A stretch of 64,000 nt of DNA from Candidatus Omnitrophota bacterium (GCA_003154195.1 PMCS01000031.1:18054-82053); one strand, 5' to 3'. Counted from the first letter of the stretch, positions 36,601 to 47,557 are shown. Made by a program: numbers and translations. Notes: a model not told the origin generated them from the letters alone.

Positions 36601-37651
36601 ATTTTATCGCCTCTCTTATCACTCCCCCGCCTAACACGATATCGCCGTCATATAAAACCACGGATTGTCCCGGCGTTACCGCTTCCTGATAATGCGGGAA
36701 ATTGATTTTTATTATACCATTTTCTCCAAAAACATCACACATTGTTTCTTTAAATGAGTAGCGGATTTTCGCAGCGGCCGCAGTCGGTAACCTATCCACG
36801 AGGAGATTGACGTTATCGGCGATAAGGCCACTCGATAATAAATCTTGCTTGCCGCCGACGACAACACGGTTATTTTTGACGTCGATACCAATAACATAAA
36901 GCGGGGTTTTATGGGAAATACCCAATCCCTGGCGCTGGCCGATCGTGTAAGCGACAACCCCTTTATGTTTACCCATTACCTTGCCGTTTAGGTTTACGAT
37001 ATCCCCGGGAACAAGTTTTATTTTATCGCGCAGGTATGCGGCATAATCTCCCTCGGGGATGAAACAAATATCCTGGCTCTCTTTTTTTTCGGCAACGGAG
37101 AGTTTAGCCTTTTTGGCGATAGCCCTGACTTCTTCTTTGGTGTAATCGGCCAGGGGAAAAATTATCTTTCCCAAATCTTCTTTTTTTATACAATACAAAA
37201 AGTATGTCTGGTCCTTTTTCCTGTCTTTGGGTTTCTTCAAAACAAAATCATTTCCGCCGGATGCGGAAATGATTTTGGCGTAGTGGCCGGTAGCCAAATA
37301 GTCAAAGCCCAGGCTTTTAGCGTAAGCTAAAAGCTGGCCGAACTTTAAATACTTATTACAATTCACGCAAGGGTTAGGCGTGCGGCCCTTGGCGTATTCA
37401 TCAATAAAATACCCCACCACATCTTTATCAAATTCCTTAGAAAAATCAAGGACATAGTGGCCAATGCCAATCACATCGCATACCCGGCGCGCGTCGTTGA
37501 TCGCCTCGGCGCCGCAACAAGCCGCGGCATCCTCGCGCTTGACCCCCAGGCACATCGTCACGCCCGCAATTTCGTAACCCTGTTCCTTTAATAAATACGC
37601 CGCGACGGAGGAATCAACCCCTCCGCTCATCGCGACTAATACTTTTTTCAT
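36599..37651 (-). CDS. mnmA: tRNA-specific 2-thiouridylase
   Basis: MKKVLVAMSGGVDSSVAA PP-loop, MnmA catalytic Cys context and ~350 aa. It is adjacent to nifS/nifU. Confidence 0.85.
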   Translation of the reverse strand: MKKVLVAMSGGVDSSVAAYLLKEQGYEIAGVTMCLGVKREDAAACCGAEAINDARRVCDVIGIGHYVLDFSKEFDKDVVGYFIDEYAKGRTPNPCVNCNKYLKFGQLLAYAKSLGFDYLATGHYAKIISASGGNDFVLKKPKDRKKDQTYFLYCIKKEDLGKIIFPLADYTKEEVRAIAKKAKLSVAEKKESQDICFIPEGDYAAYLRDKIKLVPGDIVNLNGKVMGKHKGVVAYTIGQRQGLGISHKTPLYVIGIDVKNNRVVVGGKQDLLSSGLIADNVNLLVDRLPTAAAAKIRYSFKETMCDVFGENGIIKINFPHYQEAVTPGQSVVLYDGDIVLGGGVIREAIK

Positions 37652-37652
37652 A

Positions 37653-38087
37653 CTACAAATCCGTTTCGCTGATCCAGGCGCCGTGCAAATTACAATGCTC
37701 GATGACCGCGAGTTTTCCGCTTTCCGCTTTAAGATGCAAAGCCGCGGCGGGATTAAGCCTCAGGGGAGTTAAATGTACCCTGGCTAAAAAAGATTGGTCT
37801 AAATAAAAATCGATTATTGTAATATAGTGCTCCGCCAGCATCGGGTGCGTAACCGCCCCCACCTTGGCATGAACATCTAGACAGCCGTCAGGGATAAGGC
37901 CGCATTTCCTTACGACGGTTATGACCGGCGTATGTTTTTCGCTTAAAGAAACTTCGTCCTTAGCCGTCTTAAAAGCGTCTTGTTTTTCCTGAAACGCCGT
38001 TTTCGGCGCGCCGCAAACCGGGCACTTATCCGGCGCGCTGCCGCTGATTTCGATATAACCGCACACTTTGCAAACTATGCCTTTCAT
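37653..38087 (-). CDS. Superoxide reductase-like protein with N-terminal Cys4 rubredoxin/zinc-ribbon-like domain
   Basis: N-terminus CKVCGY...CPVCG, then EKHTPVITV, HPMLAEHYITIID and C-terminal CNLHGAW. These match the SOR (neelaredoxin/desulfoferrodoxin) iron-site motifs. Confidence 0.6.
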   Translation of the reverse strand: MKGIVCKVCGYIEISGSAPDKCPVCGAPKTAFQEKQDAFKTAKDEVSLSEKHTPVITVVRKCGLIPDGCLDVHAKVGAVTHPMLAEHYITIIDFYLDQSFLARVHLTPLRLNPAAALHLKAESGKLAVIEHCNLHGAWISETDL

Positions 38088-38319
38088 AAAAATACCTCCT
38101 TTTCAAATTGTTTCGCAATTCTTGCGAAACAATTTGTTAGCGAAAAATAACTGAACCATAAGAATATGTCCATGTTGAAGCTCCACCAGCTTACGCTGGT
38201 GGAATCTTTTTCTTCGCTTCGGCGAAGCAGAATTCCCGCTATCCATCCCCACCCTTCCGGGTGGGGAATTCCGCGAAGGCGGGTTAAAAATGCTTTTAAA
38301 TAATTATAAAATTAGCAAG
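38088..38319. repeat. Structured intergenic element family H (5' of SOR gene)
   Basis: tgttgaagctccaccagcttacgctggtggaat ... cgcgaaggcgggttaaaaatgc. Confidence 0.35.
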
Positions 38320-38802
38320 TTACCCTGCTTTTACCGGCTTCACGTAAATACTTCCCTCTCGTTCCTCCAGCTCGATCGCCGGCAGCTTTGACCCCTTAGG
38401 CGCCGGTCCCTTTAAAGCCTCGCCGGTCAGCGGTTCAAATATCGCGCCATGCCACTGGCATACTAACTTATCTTGTTTCAATTTAGACGGGCCGCCCTTA
38501 TGGGTGCAGATATTTTCAAAAGCTTTTATCTCACCGTCATTGTAAAGCAAAATAGACTTTTTACCTTTGTAGACAAAATTCAAAGCTTTTTGTTTTTCCA
38601 GCTCGGCCCGGCTGGTGATAAAATTATCTTCCCCAACAGTCATTTCGTTGATTTTATTTTTTGTATCCGCCCCCAGCGCGATTAAATCGCCGCAAGCGGT
38701 GACTGCTGCCACGGCCAATACGGTCTTCGCCCCCATTGCCAAAAATTCTTTCCGACTCATCTTTTTGTCCATATCATCCCTCCTTATATAATAACAAACC
38801 AT
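38320..38802 (-). CDS. Rieske [2Fe-2S] domain protein, Tat-like signal
   Basis: CTHKGG...CQWHG is the Rieske CxH...CxxH motif. The N-terminus SRKEFLAMGAKTVLAVAAVTA resembles a Tat signal. Confidence 0.65.
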   Translation of the reverse strand: MVCYYIRRDDMDKKMSRKEFLAMGAKTVLAVAAVTACGDLIALGADTKNKINEMTVGEDNFITSRAELEKQKALNFVYKGKKSILLYNDGEIKAFENICTHKGGPSKLKQDKLVCQWHGAIFEPLTGEALKGPAPKGSKLPAIELEEREGSIYVKPVKAG

Positions 38803-39015
38803 AAAAATTTACCACCAAGACACTAAAAAAACATAGAGGAAGTAAAAAGCTTAAAACCTAAACCTTACCAGTGCTCAGCCTTCCCGAAGGGAACAAAGAC
38901 ACCAAGGCACTAAGAAAAGATCAATCATCCTTTGGTAACTTTGTGCCTCAACGATGAGAATTGCTTTATTTTTTCTTTGTACACCTTGTGTCTTGGTGGT
39001 AAGTTTTAGGTCTTT
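38800..39015. mobile_element. MITE-like element family B, copy 2 (with nested partial copy)
   Basis: TTACCACCAAGACAC ... GTGTCTTGGTGGTAAGTTTTAGG; it has an internal AAGACACCAAGGCACTAAGAAAAG. Confidence 0.55.
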
Positions 39016-39054
39016 ACTCAGATTTTGCAGTATGGCTCGCCTTCACATTTTTCA

Positions 39055-39804
39055 TTATTTAGTAAGAGTTTTTCGCGGGCGGCCGTTCCATAATGCGAAC
39101 GCAAGATTTCCCGCCAGCAATGCCGGTAAATCCGCGTCGTAAGGGAAACCGGCCGCGTAAAGAATAAAAGAAACCATGCTGACAACGATACCAAAAGCCG
39201 CCCCCTCTTTGAAATCAAACGGCGAAGTCTTCGGTTCGATCAGCATGATAAAGATAAAAAAATAATTGGCATAAACTATTTGGTCTAAAAACGGCGTTTT
39301 CAGCCAATACGCCCTGACCCCATACATTATAACATAGGCTAAAAAATACGCTCCCACGATAGGAAGTTTTCTTATCCGCCAGGTAAAATAAAAACCGGCG
39401 GGGATAATAATGTACCAACTGTAAGCGCCATGCCATTGGGTAGCCTGTTTGAACAGGACTATGGCTAAAAAAATGCCGGCGGCGGCGGGATTAAAAATGT
39501 GCTTGCCCTTAAAACGAACTAGGAATTTGGAAAGAATCGCCAGGCCGGCGACGGCGGCGAAAAACCCCGTTCCCGCGTCGGAAGACAAAACAAACCCCAC
39601 AATCAACCCGGTGATCAGCGAACTTTCGGTCAGTTTGAATTTTCTGGTTTTAAAAAATAAACAAAGCGAATCGATAAACGCGGCGGCGATAACCGCAATG
39701 ATGCTTTTTACCGGGAAAAAAAAAGCGTGATCCGGCCAGGCCAAAAATAGCGAAAAAACAAAAAGAAACAAACACAGTTGAAGCTTAAGTGAAATTTTCT
39801 TCAT
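39055..39804 (-). CDS. Polytopic membrane protein of unknown function
   Basis: At least 7 hydrophobic helices and an HIFNPAAAG motif. No confident family assignment. Confidence 0.3.
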   Translation of the reverse strand: MKKISLKLQLCLFLFVFSLFLAWPDHAFFFPVKSIIAVIAAAFIDSLCLFFKTRKFKLTESSLITGLIVGFVLSSDAGTGFFAAVAGLAILSKFLVRFKGKHIFNPAAAGIFLAIVLFKQATQWHGAYSWYIIIPAGFYFTWRIRKLPIVGAYFLAYVIMYGVRAYWLKTPFLDQIVYANYFFIFIMLIEPKTSPFDFKEGAAFGIVVSMVSFILYAAGFPYDADLPALLAGNLAFALWNGRPRKTLTK

Positions 39805-40995
39805 CTATTTTCCTTCAAACAGCTTTCTATACTCCCCATACCCCTCTTTCTCCAAATCTTCCTTCGGTATAAAACGCAGGGCCGCGGAGTTTATACAGTA
39901 TCGTTTGCCGGTCGGCCGGGGGCCGTCATCGAAGATATGGCCCAAATGAGACTCGCCACGTTTCGAGCGCGCCTCTACCCGTTCCATACCGAGGCCGATA
40001 TCTTTTTTCTCTACAATATTCCCCGGTTCCAAAGGTTTGGTGAAACTGGGCCAGCCGGTGCCGGAATCGAATTTATCCCGCGAACTGAACAATACCTCTC
40101 CGGAAACTACATCCACATAAACCCCTTCGTGTTTGTTGTTCCAGTAAGCGTTGGCAAAAGGAATTTCCGTACCGTTTTCCTGGGTAACCTTGTATTGCTC
40201 GCCGGTAATAATTTTTTTAAGTTGTTCCGGCGACGGCTTGCTGAAGGGCAGAGGGCACATCGGCGCGTTTTCTTTCTTTTTCATTTCCTTACCCCAGGTT
40301 TTTTCTAAAAACTGCTTGCGGCCGGAATTAGCCGCGTAGAATTGATAACGTCCGGCGCTTTTTTTATAATAATCCTGGTGGTACTCTTCCGCCGGATAAA
40401 ATTCCAACGCCGGCAATATCAGGGTAACGACTGGTTTTTTAAACCGGTCGGATTTTCCCAACTCGTCGCTGGAGCTTTCGGCAATTTGTTTCTGCTGCTC
40501 ATCCCGGTAAAAAATTGCCGAGCGGTACTGGCTCCCCCGGTCGGCAAATTGCCCGGCGCTGTCGACAGGGTCGATCTGGCGCCAGAAAACATCTAATAAT
40601 TGGCGGTAAGTGACCTGCCCCGGGTCAAAAGTAACCTCGATTGCCTCGAAATAGCCGGTCCTACCGGTAGAGACCTGTTCGTAGGTAGGATTTTTTATCC
40701 GGCCACCGGTATAACCGACGATGACTTTTGCCACGCCTCTTACCTTTTCAAACGGTTCCTGTAAACACCAGAAACAACCTCCGGCGAATATTGCTTTTCC
40801 CGTCTTAACTTCCTGCCCGTATCCCGCTGCCATAACCCACCCCATAATTAAGATTGCCGTTACCCAAAAAAATGCGCCTGAGCCATTTTTCTTACGCAAC
40901 CGACTGGTTTTGCGTATATTACAAAATTTATCTTTAAACCAAATGGTACTTCGCATTTTTTTGGTTAAAAAGGGAAAAATTCCGCTAGGAATCAA
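39805..40995 (-). CDS. msrAB: Bifunctional peptide methionine sulfoxide reductase MsrA-MsrB, secreted/anchored
   Basis: [11 protein letters not shown] (MsrA active site), then GTGWPSF ... [10 protein letters not shown] ... [11 protein letters not shown] (MsrB). Confidence 0.85.
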   Translation of the reverse strand: MIPSGIFPFLTKKMRSTIWFKDKFCNIRKTSRLRKKNGSGAFFWVTAILIMGWVMAAGYGQEVKTGKAIFAGGCFWCLQEPFEKVRGVAKVIVGYTGGRIKNPTYEQVSTGRTGYFEAIEVTFDPGQVTYRQLLDVFWRQIDPVDSAGQFADRGSQYRSAIFYRDEQQKQIAESSSDELGKSDRFKKPVVTLILPALEFYPAEEYHQDYYKKSAGRYQFYAANSGRKQFLEKTWGKEMKKKENAPMCPLPFSKPSPEQLKKIITGEQYKVTQENGTEIPFANAYWNNKHEGVYVDVVSGEVLFSSRDKFDSGTGWPSFTKPLEPGNIVEKKDIGLGMERVEARSKRGESHLGHIFDDGPRPTGKRYCINSAALRFIPKEDLEKEGYGEYRKLFEGK

Positions 40996-41049
40996 ATTAT
41001 TTAAAATACGGGAAGCAGAATTTTTCCCAGAGCCGGAAAAATTAGTTTA

Positions 41050-41655
41050 TTAATTTTTCCGGCTACGCGAAATCACAAAAACCGCGTTGAAAGCAAACAG
41101 GTTGGGAAAAAATAAAATCGCCATTCTTTTACCCAGGTAATAGCTCGAATCAATATGTATACCTTCCTCTTTACAAAAATCTTTAAAATCATTGATGCTT
41201 AAGAAATGCAGGTTCGGCGTGTTGTACCAGCGGTAAGGCAGAGACGGCGTAATCGGCGTACGGCCTTTTAGGGCCATTTGAATCCGGGCAGTAAGATGAA
41301 CGAAATTAGGAAAGCCAACGATGACTTTTTTACCGACACGCAGCGCCTCGCTAATAATAAAAGAAGCTTTCCTGGCCTGCTGCATGCTCTGGTTTAAAAT
41401 CACGTAATCGAAACATTTATCGGGATATTCCGACAACCCCGAATCGATATCGCCGTGGAATACGCTTAAACCTTTCTCCACACATTGGTAAATCTGCTCC
41501 TCATCGATCTCGATACCCTGGGCTTTAGCGTGCTTGCCTTCCACCAATAACTGCATCAGCGCGCCGCTGCCGCAGCCTAAATCGAGCACGCGCGACTCCG
41601 GTTCGACGATGTCGTAAATAATCTTATAATCTAACGGCGCTGACTTGTAGTTCAT
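41050..41655 (-). CDS. metW: Methionine biosynthesis protein MetW
   Basis: ORF 41050..41733 trimmed to MNYKSAPLDYKIIYDIVEPESRVLDLGCGSGAL.... The ORF's N-terminal extension runs through a 9-nt tandem repeat, so the start at 41655 is more plausible. Confidence 0.75.
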   Translation of the reverse strand: MNYKSAPLDYKIIYDIVEPESRVLDLGCGSGALMQLLVEGKHAKAQGIEIDEEQIYQCVEKGLSVFHGDIDSGLSEYPDKCFDYVILNQSMQQARKASFIISEALRVGKKVIVGFPNFVHLTARIQMALKGRTPITPSLPYRWYNTPNLHFLSINDFKDFCKEEGIHIDSSYYLGKRMAILFFPNLFAFNAVFVISRSRKN

Positions 41656-41746
41656 AATTTTAATAGTTGAGTCAGTTGAGCCGGTTGAGTCAGTTGTAGG
41701 GTTAAAATCTTCTAACGGCACTAACGGGCTCAACAGGCTAAACCGG

Positions 41747-42862
<1,116 letters not shown>

Positions 42863-42864
42863 TC

Positions 42865-43233
42865 TTATTCGGACTTTTCTGTTGTCTTATTCGCTAATTC
42901 TTCCTCAACTTTTTTAATATATTTTTCCGGTTCTTTTTTAAAATCTTCAATGCAAGACGTGCAACAAAAATTATAAATTTTTCCTTCATACTCATAGGTT
43001 GCCGGCGCCATGCCTGAACCGTCGGCATCAGATATTTTCTCTCCGGAAACCGGGCAGAACTGGTTGCCGGCGTTAACCGCTTTATCCGAAACCGTTTGCC
43101 CGCCGGCTTCGGTCGCGTTATTTTTGCTCCCGCTGGGAACCTGCGCGAAAGACAAAACCGCTGTCCCCAAAACAAACACTGCCGCACTGGAAATTAAGAA
43201 TATTTTCCTATGCATTTTCCCCTCCTTAACCAA
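42865..43233 (-). CDS. Secreted YHS/TRASH-like metal-binding domain protein
   Basis: Signal peptide; CPVSGEKI...YEGKIYNFCCTSCIEDFKKEPEKY matches the YHS (copper/metal-binding) domain pattern. Confidence 0.5.
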   Translation of the reverse strand: MVKEGKMHRKIFLISSAAVFVLGTAVLSFAQVPSGSKNNATEAGGQTVSDKAVNAGNQFCPVSGEKISDADGSGMAPATYEYEGKIYNFCCTSCIEDFKKEPEKYIKKVEEELANKTTEKSE

Positions 43234-43247
43234 ACCGAAAATAATTA

Positions 43248-43278
43248 AAAATCTGTGTAATCTGTGGACAATATTTTT
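43248..43278. promoter_or_regulatory. Motif family C half-site upstream of YHS-domain gene
   Basis: AAAATCTGTGTAATCTGTGGACAATATTTTT. Confidence 0.4.
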
Positions 43279-43288
43279 ATCTATTGCT

Positions 43289-43960
43289 TTACGCCGCCAA
43301 GCGGCCGTCTTTAAGTTTTATTACACGCCCGGCCTGGTTGCCCAATTCAGGATTATGGGTAACCACCACTACCGCCAAACCTTCCTTCTCGTTCAACTGC
43401 TTAAACAAATCAAACACCTCTTGTGAAGCGCGCGAATCAAGATTGCCGGTAGGCTCATCCGCCAGCAACAATTTCGGATTAGTGATAATCGCTCGGGCGA
43501 TCGCCACTCTCTGCTTTTCGCCGCCGGAAAGCTGCGCCGGTAAATGATTAAGACGCTGTCCTAAGCCGACCAGATTCAAAACGTTAATCGCTCTTTTCTT
43601 ATCTTGATGCTGCCGGGAAAAATAAAGCGACAGAAGAACATTTTCCACAACCGTCAGGCTGGGAATCAGTAAAAAATCCTGGAAGACAAAACCTAAAAAT
43701 TGGCGCCGCACTTTTACCAGGCAGCTTTCTCCCGCGCCGGACACATCCCTGCCCATTACCGTCAACCGGCCGCCGGTGGCTGAGGTAAGGCAACCGATTA
43801 AATCAAGCAACGTAGTTTTCCCGGAACCGGAAGGCCCCATAATCGAAATAAAATCTCCGGCGTAAATATCCAAATCGATATCCTTGACTGCCGCGATCTG
43901 CTCACCCGGTAATTTATATATTTTACTTATTTTTTCCGCCCGGACAATCACATCTTTCAT
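43289..43960 (-). CDS. ABC transporter ATP-binding protein (LolD/MacB/FtsE type)
   Basis: GPSGSGKTTLL, LSGGEKQRVAIARAI and LLLADEPTGNLD. Confidence 0.85.
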   Translation of the reverse strand: MKDVIVRAEKISKIYKLPGEQIAAVKDIDLDIYAGDFISIMGPSGSGKTTLLDLIGCLTSATGGRLTVMGRDVSGAGESCLVKVRRQFLGFVFQDFLLIPSLTVVENVLLSLYFSRQHQDKKRAINVLNLVGLGQRLNHLPAQLSGGEKQRVAIARAIITNPKLLLADEPTGNLDSRASQEVFDLFKQLNEKEGLAVVVVTHNPELGNQAGRVIKLKDGRLAA

Positions 43961-44019
43961 ATTTATATCCTTTATGTTTAAAATAAATTTCTCAAACTAA
44001 ATGCAACGACAAAACCATA

Positions 44020-44108
44020 GATACTTAACCACCAAGGCACTAAGAAAATTAAAAAATTATATTTTTTCTTCGTATACTTCGTGTCTGGTGGTAAATTTTA
44101 GGTTTTTC
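44020..44108. mobile_element. MITE-like element family B, short copy
   Basis: TTAACCACCAAGGCACTAAGAAAATT...CGTGTCTGGTGGTAAATTTTAGG. Confidence 0.5.
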
Positions 44109-44128
44109 TATTTGACACTACCGCGCGT

Positions 44129-45313
44129 TTACTCGCCGGCTCTAATCGCTTCTACCGGCTTCATCCTGCTCGCGCGCCAGGCCGGATACGTACCGGCAAT
44201 CAAACCCACAACGATTGCCGCCAGTAACGCCATCCAGACAAATTCTCCTTTGATCAACACCAATTCTCCCTGCGGCGCGTACGGCAGCATCCCGCGGATA
44301 ACCTTCGCCGTTAATCCGCTGCCGGAAATCGCGAGGATTACTCCGGCCAACCCACCCAGAGCACAAACGATTACCGTCTCGCTCCAGACTATTTTAAACA
44401 CATCGAAACTCGACGCGCCCAAAGCTTTCATCACGCCGATCTCGCGGGTCCGCTCGAACACCGAGACTAAAATTGTATTGGTAACGCCGATCAACGCGAC
44501 AAAAATCGCAATTAACGCCACCGAACCGGCCATTGCCCGCGCCGACGCCACAAGATTAAGAATCGTCCCGCGCACCTCGGCTAGGCTTACCACCTGGATT
44601 CCCGGTTCATTATAAAGGCTTTCTTCAAAATCGGCGATCTGGCCGATATCTTTTAATTTTACCCCCACCCCGGTAAGTTTTCCCGGAAGTTCAAAGATAT
44701 TCTGCGCGGTCGCTAAGGGCAAAAATATTACCCCGTCGTCCTGGGTGCCGCTGCGTTTTAAAACTCCCTTAACCGTGAGGACTTTGCTTACCCCCGGCAC
44801 AAAAACTTTATCGCCCGGTTTGCGCTGTTCTACTTCCGCGGCTTCATAGCCCATAATCACTTCATCGGCGGCCGAGCCGGAAAACCACCCGCCCCATCTA
44901 AATTTAAGCCAGGGCTTAAGTTCCAGGTAAGAATGTTCGATGCCCACGTACATCGCGAATGCCCCCTTACCGCCGGCACCTTCCTGGTTATAAACGCTGT
45001 TCATCAACTGGGGCGTGATTTTATCTACCCGCGGGTCGGAGGCAATACGCTTAAAAATATTCTCTTCCATATAACGCAGGCCGCCGCCGCCTTTGAGGAT
45101 CAGCGTCGCCGCTTCGTAAGGGCAGCCCTTGGCTGTGACCAGCAGGTGATACCCTAATTTATCGATATCGCCGGACAACGACTTCTGGTAACCGGCATCA
45201 AACCCCAGCAAACTTACCAAAACCGCGACCGCCAAAGCAATCCCGGCAACCGTCAGCGTAGTCCGTATTTTTTTACGGGTTAAGTTTTTAAAACCAATCG
45301 TTATCGCGTTCAT
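44129..45313 (-). CDS. ABC transporter permease, FtsX/MacB-LolC family
   Basis: N-terminal TM, a large periplasmic loop and a C-terminal FtsX-type 3-TM bundle. It is operonic with the ATPase. Confidence 0.75.
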   Translation of the reverse strand: MNAITIGFKNLTRKKIRTTLTVAGIALAVAVLVSLLGFDAGYQKSLSGDIDKLGYHLLVTAKGCPYEAATLILKGGGGLRYMEENIFKRIASDPRVDKITPQLMNSVYNQEGAGGKGAFAMYVGIEHSYLELKPWLKFRWGGWFSGSAADEVIMGYEAAEVEQRKPGDKVFVPGVSKVLTVKGVLKRSGTQDDGVIFLPLATAQNIFELPGKLTGVGVKLKDIGQIADFEESLYNEPGIQVVSLAEVRGTILNLVASARAMAGSVALIAIFVALIGVTNTILVSVFERTREIGVMKALGASSFDVFKIVWSETVIVCALGGLAGVILAISGSGLTAKVIRGMLPYAPQGELVLIKGEFVWMALLAAIVVGLIAGTYPAWRASRMKPVEAIRAGE

Positions 45314-45690
45314 TTTATTTCTACCCCCTTGCCGATTATTTCCGCTTTAGGGCCATTTTTTTTGACTACGCCCTGCGCGGCCACTGTCGCGCCTACCGCC
45401 TGCGGAATAGCAAGCTCTGAAGGATGCAAATTCACAAAAATAACCGCCGGGCCGTCTTTGAGCATAAACCAACCGCCGGCCGGGCACTCCTGAATAATTT
45501 TACCCTGCACCAGAACATCTTTACCGACAAATTTATTCAGTGACTTTAAAATATCGGCAATCGGCGTAGCCTCTTTGATCGTCAGCGACGCGCCGTAGGC
45601 CTTGCTCTTTTTCGCGTAAACCTGCCCGGCAAACACCCCGGCCGACAACAATACTACGAGTACAAAAATATTTATTTTTCTCATAATCAT
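45310..45690 (-). CDS. Small secreted protein of unknown function
   Basis: Signal peptide, ~100-aa mature domain, CPAGGWF motif. It is co-operonic with the ABC/FtsX pair. Confidence 0.3.
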   Translation of the reverse strand: MIMRKINIFVLVVLLSAGVFAGQVYAKKSKAYGASLTIKEATPIADILKSLNKFVGKDVLVQGKIIQECPAGGWFMLKDGPAVIFVNLHPSELAIPQAVGATVAAQGVVKKNGPKAEIIGKGVEIK

Positions 45691-45774
45691 TCCCTCCCTA
45701 TTATAAATATAGTAATGCCGCGTTCATACCATTGCGCAAGAATTACGCAATAGTTTAAATCCAGCATTTGTGTC

Positions 45775-45836
45775 ATTCGTGCAATTTATTGTTAAAATTT
45801 TTTAAACAACGAATATCACAAATTACACAAATTTTC
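45775..45836. promoter_or_regulatory. Motif family F second copy upstream of 45310..45690 operon
   Basis: cattcGTGCAATTTATTGTTAAAATTTTTTAAACAACGAATATCACAAATTACAcaaatttt. Confidence 0.45.
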
Positions 45837-45845
45837 GGTTGTTCA

Positions 45846-46466
45846 CTATTTTTTGACACTACCCAAAACATTATCTTTTAATTCTAACTCGTGGAGCAAT
45901 ATCAAATTTTTCTTAACCCCTCTCAGCGTATATCTAAAATCTTCCCCGCTTTCTTTGCTGGGGTCGGAAATACCGATATTACCCTTCAAAAAATCAGTTA
46001 GAGCCAACCCGTTAAACTTACCGGTAAAATCCTTATCCATAAACTTTGCCGCTTCCGGCGAAGACATCTTCTGGTAATAAAAATTGATGATTTTCCCCGC
46101 GAGGTCCGTCGAAATAATCAACTGCATCCCGCCAAAAACGCCTTTCTGGTTGACGCCGTGGACATAACCGATGGTTTCCCGGCCTTTTAAAACTTTATAA
46201 AACGAATACGGCACGTCCATCGCTTCATACACCGGGTCAAACTTATCGCCTAAAGCCGCTTCGATCTTCTGATAAAGCCCACCGCCGCCGATTTCTTTTA
46301 TCGAAACAAAATCGCTTTTATACCCCGTCGATTCGGGGAATATTTTTTTCACGTCGCGGTCCGGGTCGTTAAGCTGGCAGCCCACCGCGGCATAAACCGC
46401 CGCGGCGCAAAAAAATAAGCTAACGACCGAAAAAATAAAACTGAAAGATAACCGTATTGTCTTCAT
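45846..46466 (-). CDS. Secreted FMN-binding-domain-like protein
   Basis: Signal peptide; GYVHGVNQKGVFGGMQLIISTDLAGKIINFYY...FTGKF resembles the FMN_bind (NqrC/RnfG-like) domain. Confidence 0.4.
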   Translation of the reverse strand: MKTIRLSFSFIFSVVSLFFCAAAVYAAVGCQLNDPDRDVKKIFPESTGYKSDFVSIKEIGGGGLYQKIEAALGDKFDPVYEAMDVPYSFYKVLKGRETIGYVHGVNQKGVFGGMQLIISTDLAGKIINFYYQKMSSPEAAKFMDKDFTGKFNGLALTDFLKGNIGISDPSKESGEDFRYTLRGVKKNLILLHELELKDNVLGSVKK

Positions 46467-47421
46467 TTCCTTCCCTCATGTTAAGTTCGCGTTGATAAGC
46501 CAGTCGCAGGGTAATGTCTTGATTAAGTTTATAAGAACTGCCCAGCGTTAACGCCGTATCGTCGCTCCCCCTTCTGGCAGTATCATGAAACCACGACTGG
46601 AGTTGAAATTCTAATTCAACATTCTGGTTGCGCGGCAGGGTGTAATCGGCTTCGACCATATACCCGGCTACTGCGGCATGATTATCGCTGCCGTAAGCCG
46701 CCTCTCCCTTGAACAGGAGCGGCCCGTATAAATATTGGCCGTCCAAGCCGATTCTTTTTTTCAAAACCGCGCCGGCGCTTATCATGTCGTTACGCGGAAT
46801 CGTATTCTCTCCCATCGTCTCTAAACAACGGCCATACATCCCCGATAAACCAAACTGTTGGTTACTGCCGGCCGGTTTAGAAACGCGCGCGGTAAAAAGA
46901 AAATTATTATCCCGGCGATAAATGCTCATCCCCGAACCGAGTTGCAGCCCGGCTTCATAATCAAAGAGATGATTAAATCCCTTAAACCCCACGCCCCAGT
47001 CTTTGTTAAAACCGATATCGCGCTCAATCAATGTGCGTAGAATCGTAGCGTGGGTATCTAAAACCGGCTCCAGGCCGAAAACCGGGTCAAAGTGCCCCAG
47101 GGTCAATTTTTTTCCGCCGCCTAAATTAAACTGCAGCCAGGCGTTATGGACTTGCATCCCCCAGGCGTTGCGCGAGTTTTCTAAGCTATCGTAGGCCGCG
47201 CGCACCTGTAAATCGGTAGTTAAAAAATCGCCGTAATCGCCGGAAAATTTACGATAATCCTCAAAGCCCAGTGAATTAGCCAGCATCCCGCTTTTGCCTA
47301 CCCACTTGTCTTGCCGGGAATAGCCGCCGATTAGATTAACTTCCCGGTAAAACAAGTTATCCCCGGCAAAAACCGGCATGACAATAAGAAACGACAACAC
47401 CACCAAAGCTTTTTTTAACAT
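46420..47421 (-). CDS. Putative outer-membrane beta-barrel/porin-like protein
   Basis: Signal peptide MLKKALVVLSFLIVMPVFAG, alternating amphipathic pattern with aromatic girdle residues and a C-terminal ...FQFYFFGR. Confidence 0.4.
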   Translation of the reverse strand: MLKKALVVLSFLIVMPVFAGDNLFYREVNLIGGYSRQDKWVGKSGMLANSLGFEDYRKFSGDYGDFLTTDLQVRAAYDSLENSRNAWGMQVHNAWLQFNLGGGKKLTLGHFDPVFGLEPVLDTHATILRTLIERDIGFNKDWGVGFKGFNHLFDYEAGLQLGSGMSIYRRDNNFLFTARVSKPAGSNQQFGLSGMYGRCLETMGENTIPRNDMISAGAVLKKRIGLDGQYLYGPLLFKGEAAYGSDNHAAVAGYMVEADYTLPRNQNVELEFQLQSWFHDTARRGSDDTALTLGSSYKLNQDITLRLAYQRELNMREGNEDNTVIFQFYFFGR

Positions 47422-47500
47422 GTTTCCTTATATCCTACATCGATCCACCGATAGGTCAACTATCCGGTTCCTCTTTTCCCTGACTTTTTTCCACCCCGGT

Positions 47501-47526
47501 GAAAATCTGAGCAATCTGTGGACACC
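47501..47526. promoter_or_regulatory. Motif family C half-site upstream of porin-like gene
   Basis: GAAAATCTGAGCAATCTGTGGACACC. Confidence 0.4.
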
Positions 47527-47557
47527 ATTTTTGCCTATTGTCTTTATTTACTAATTT

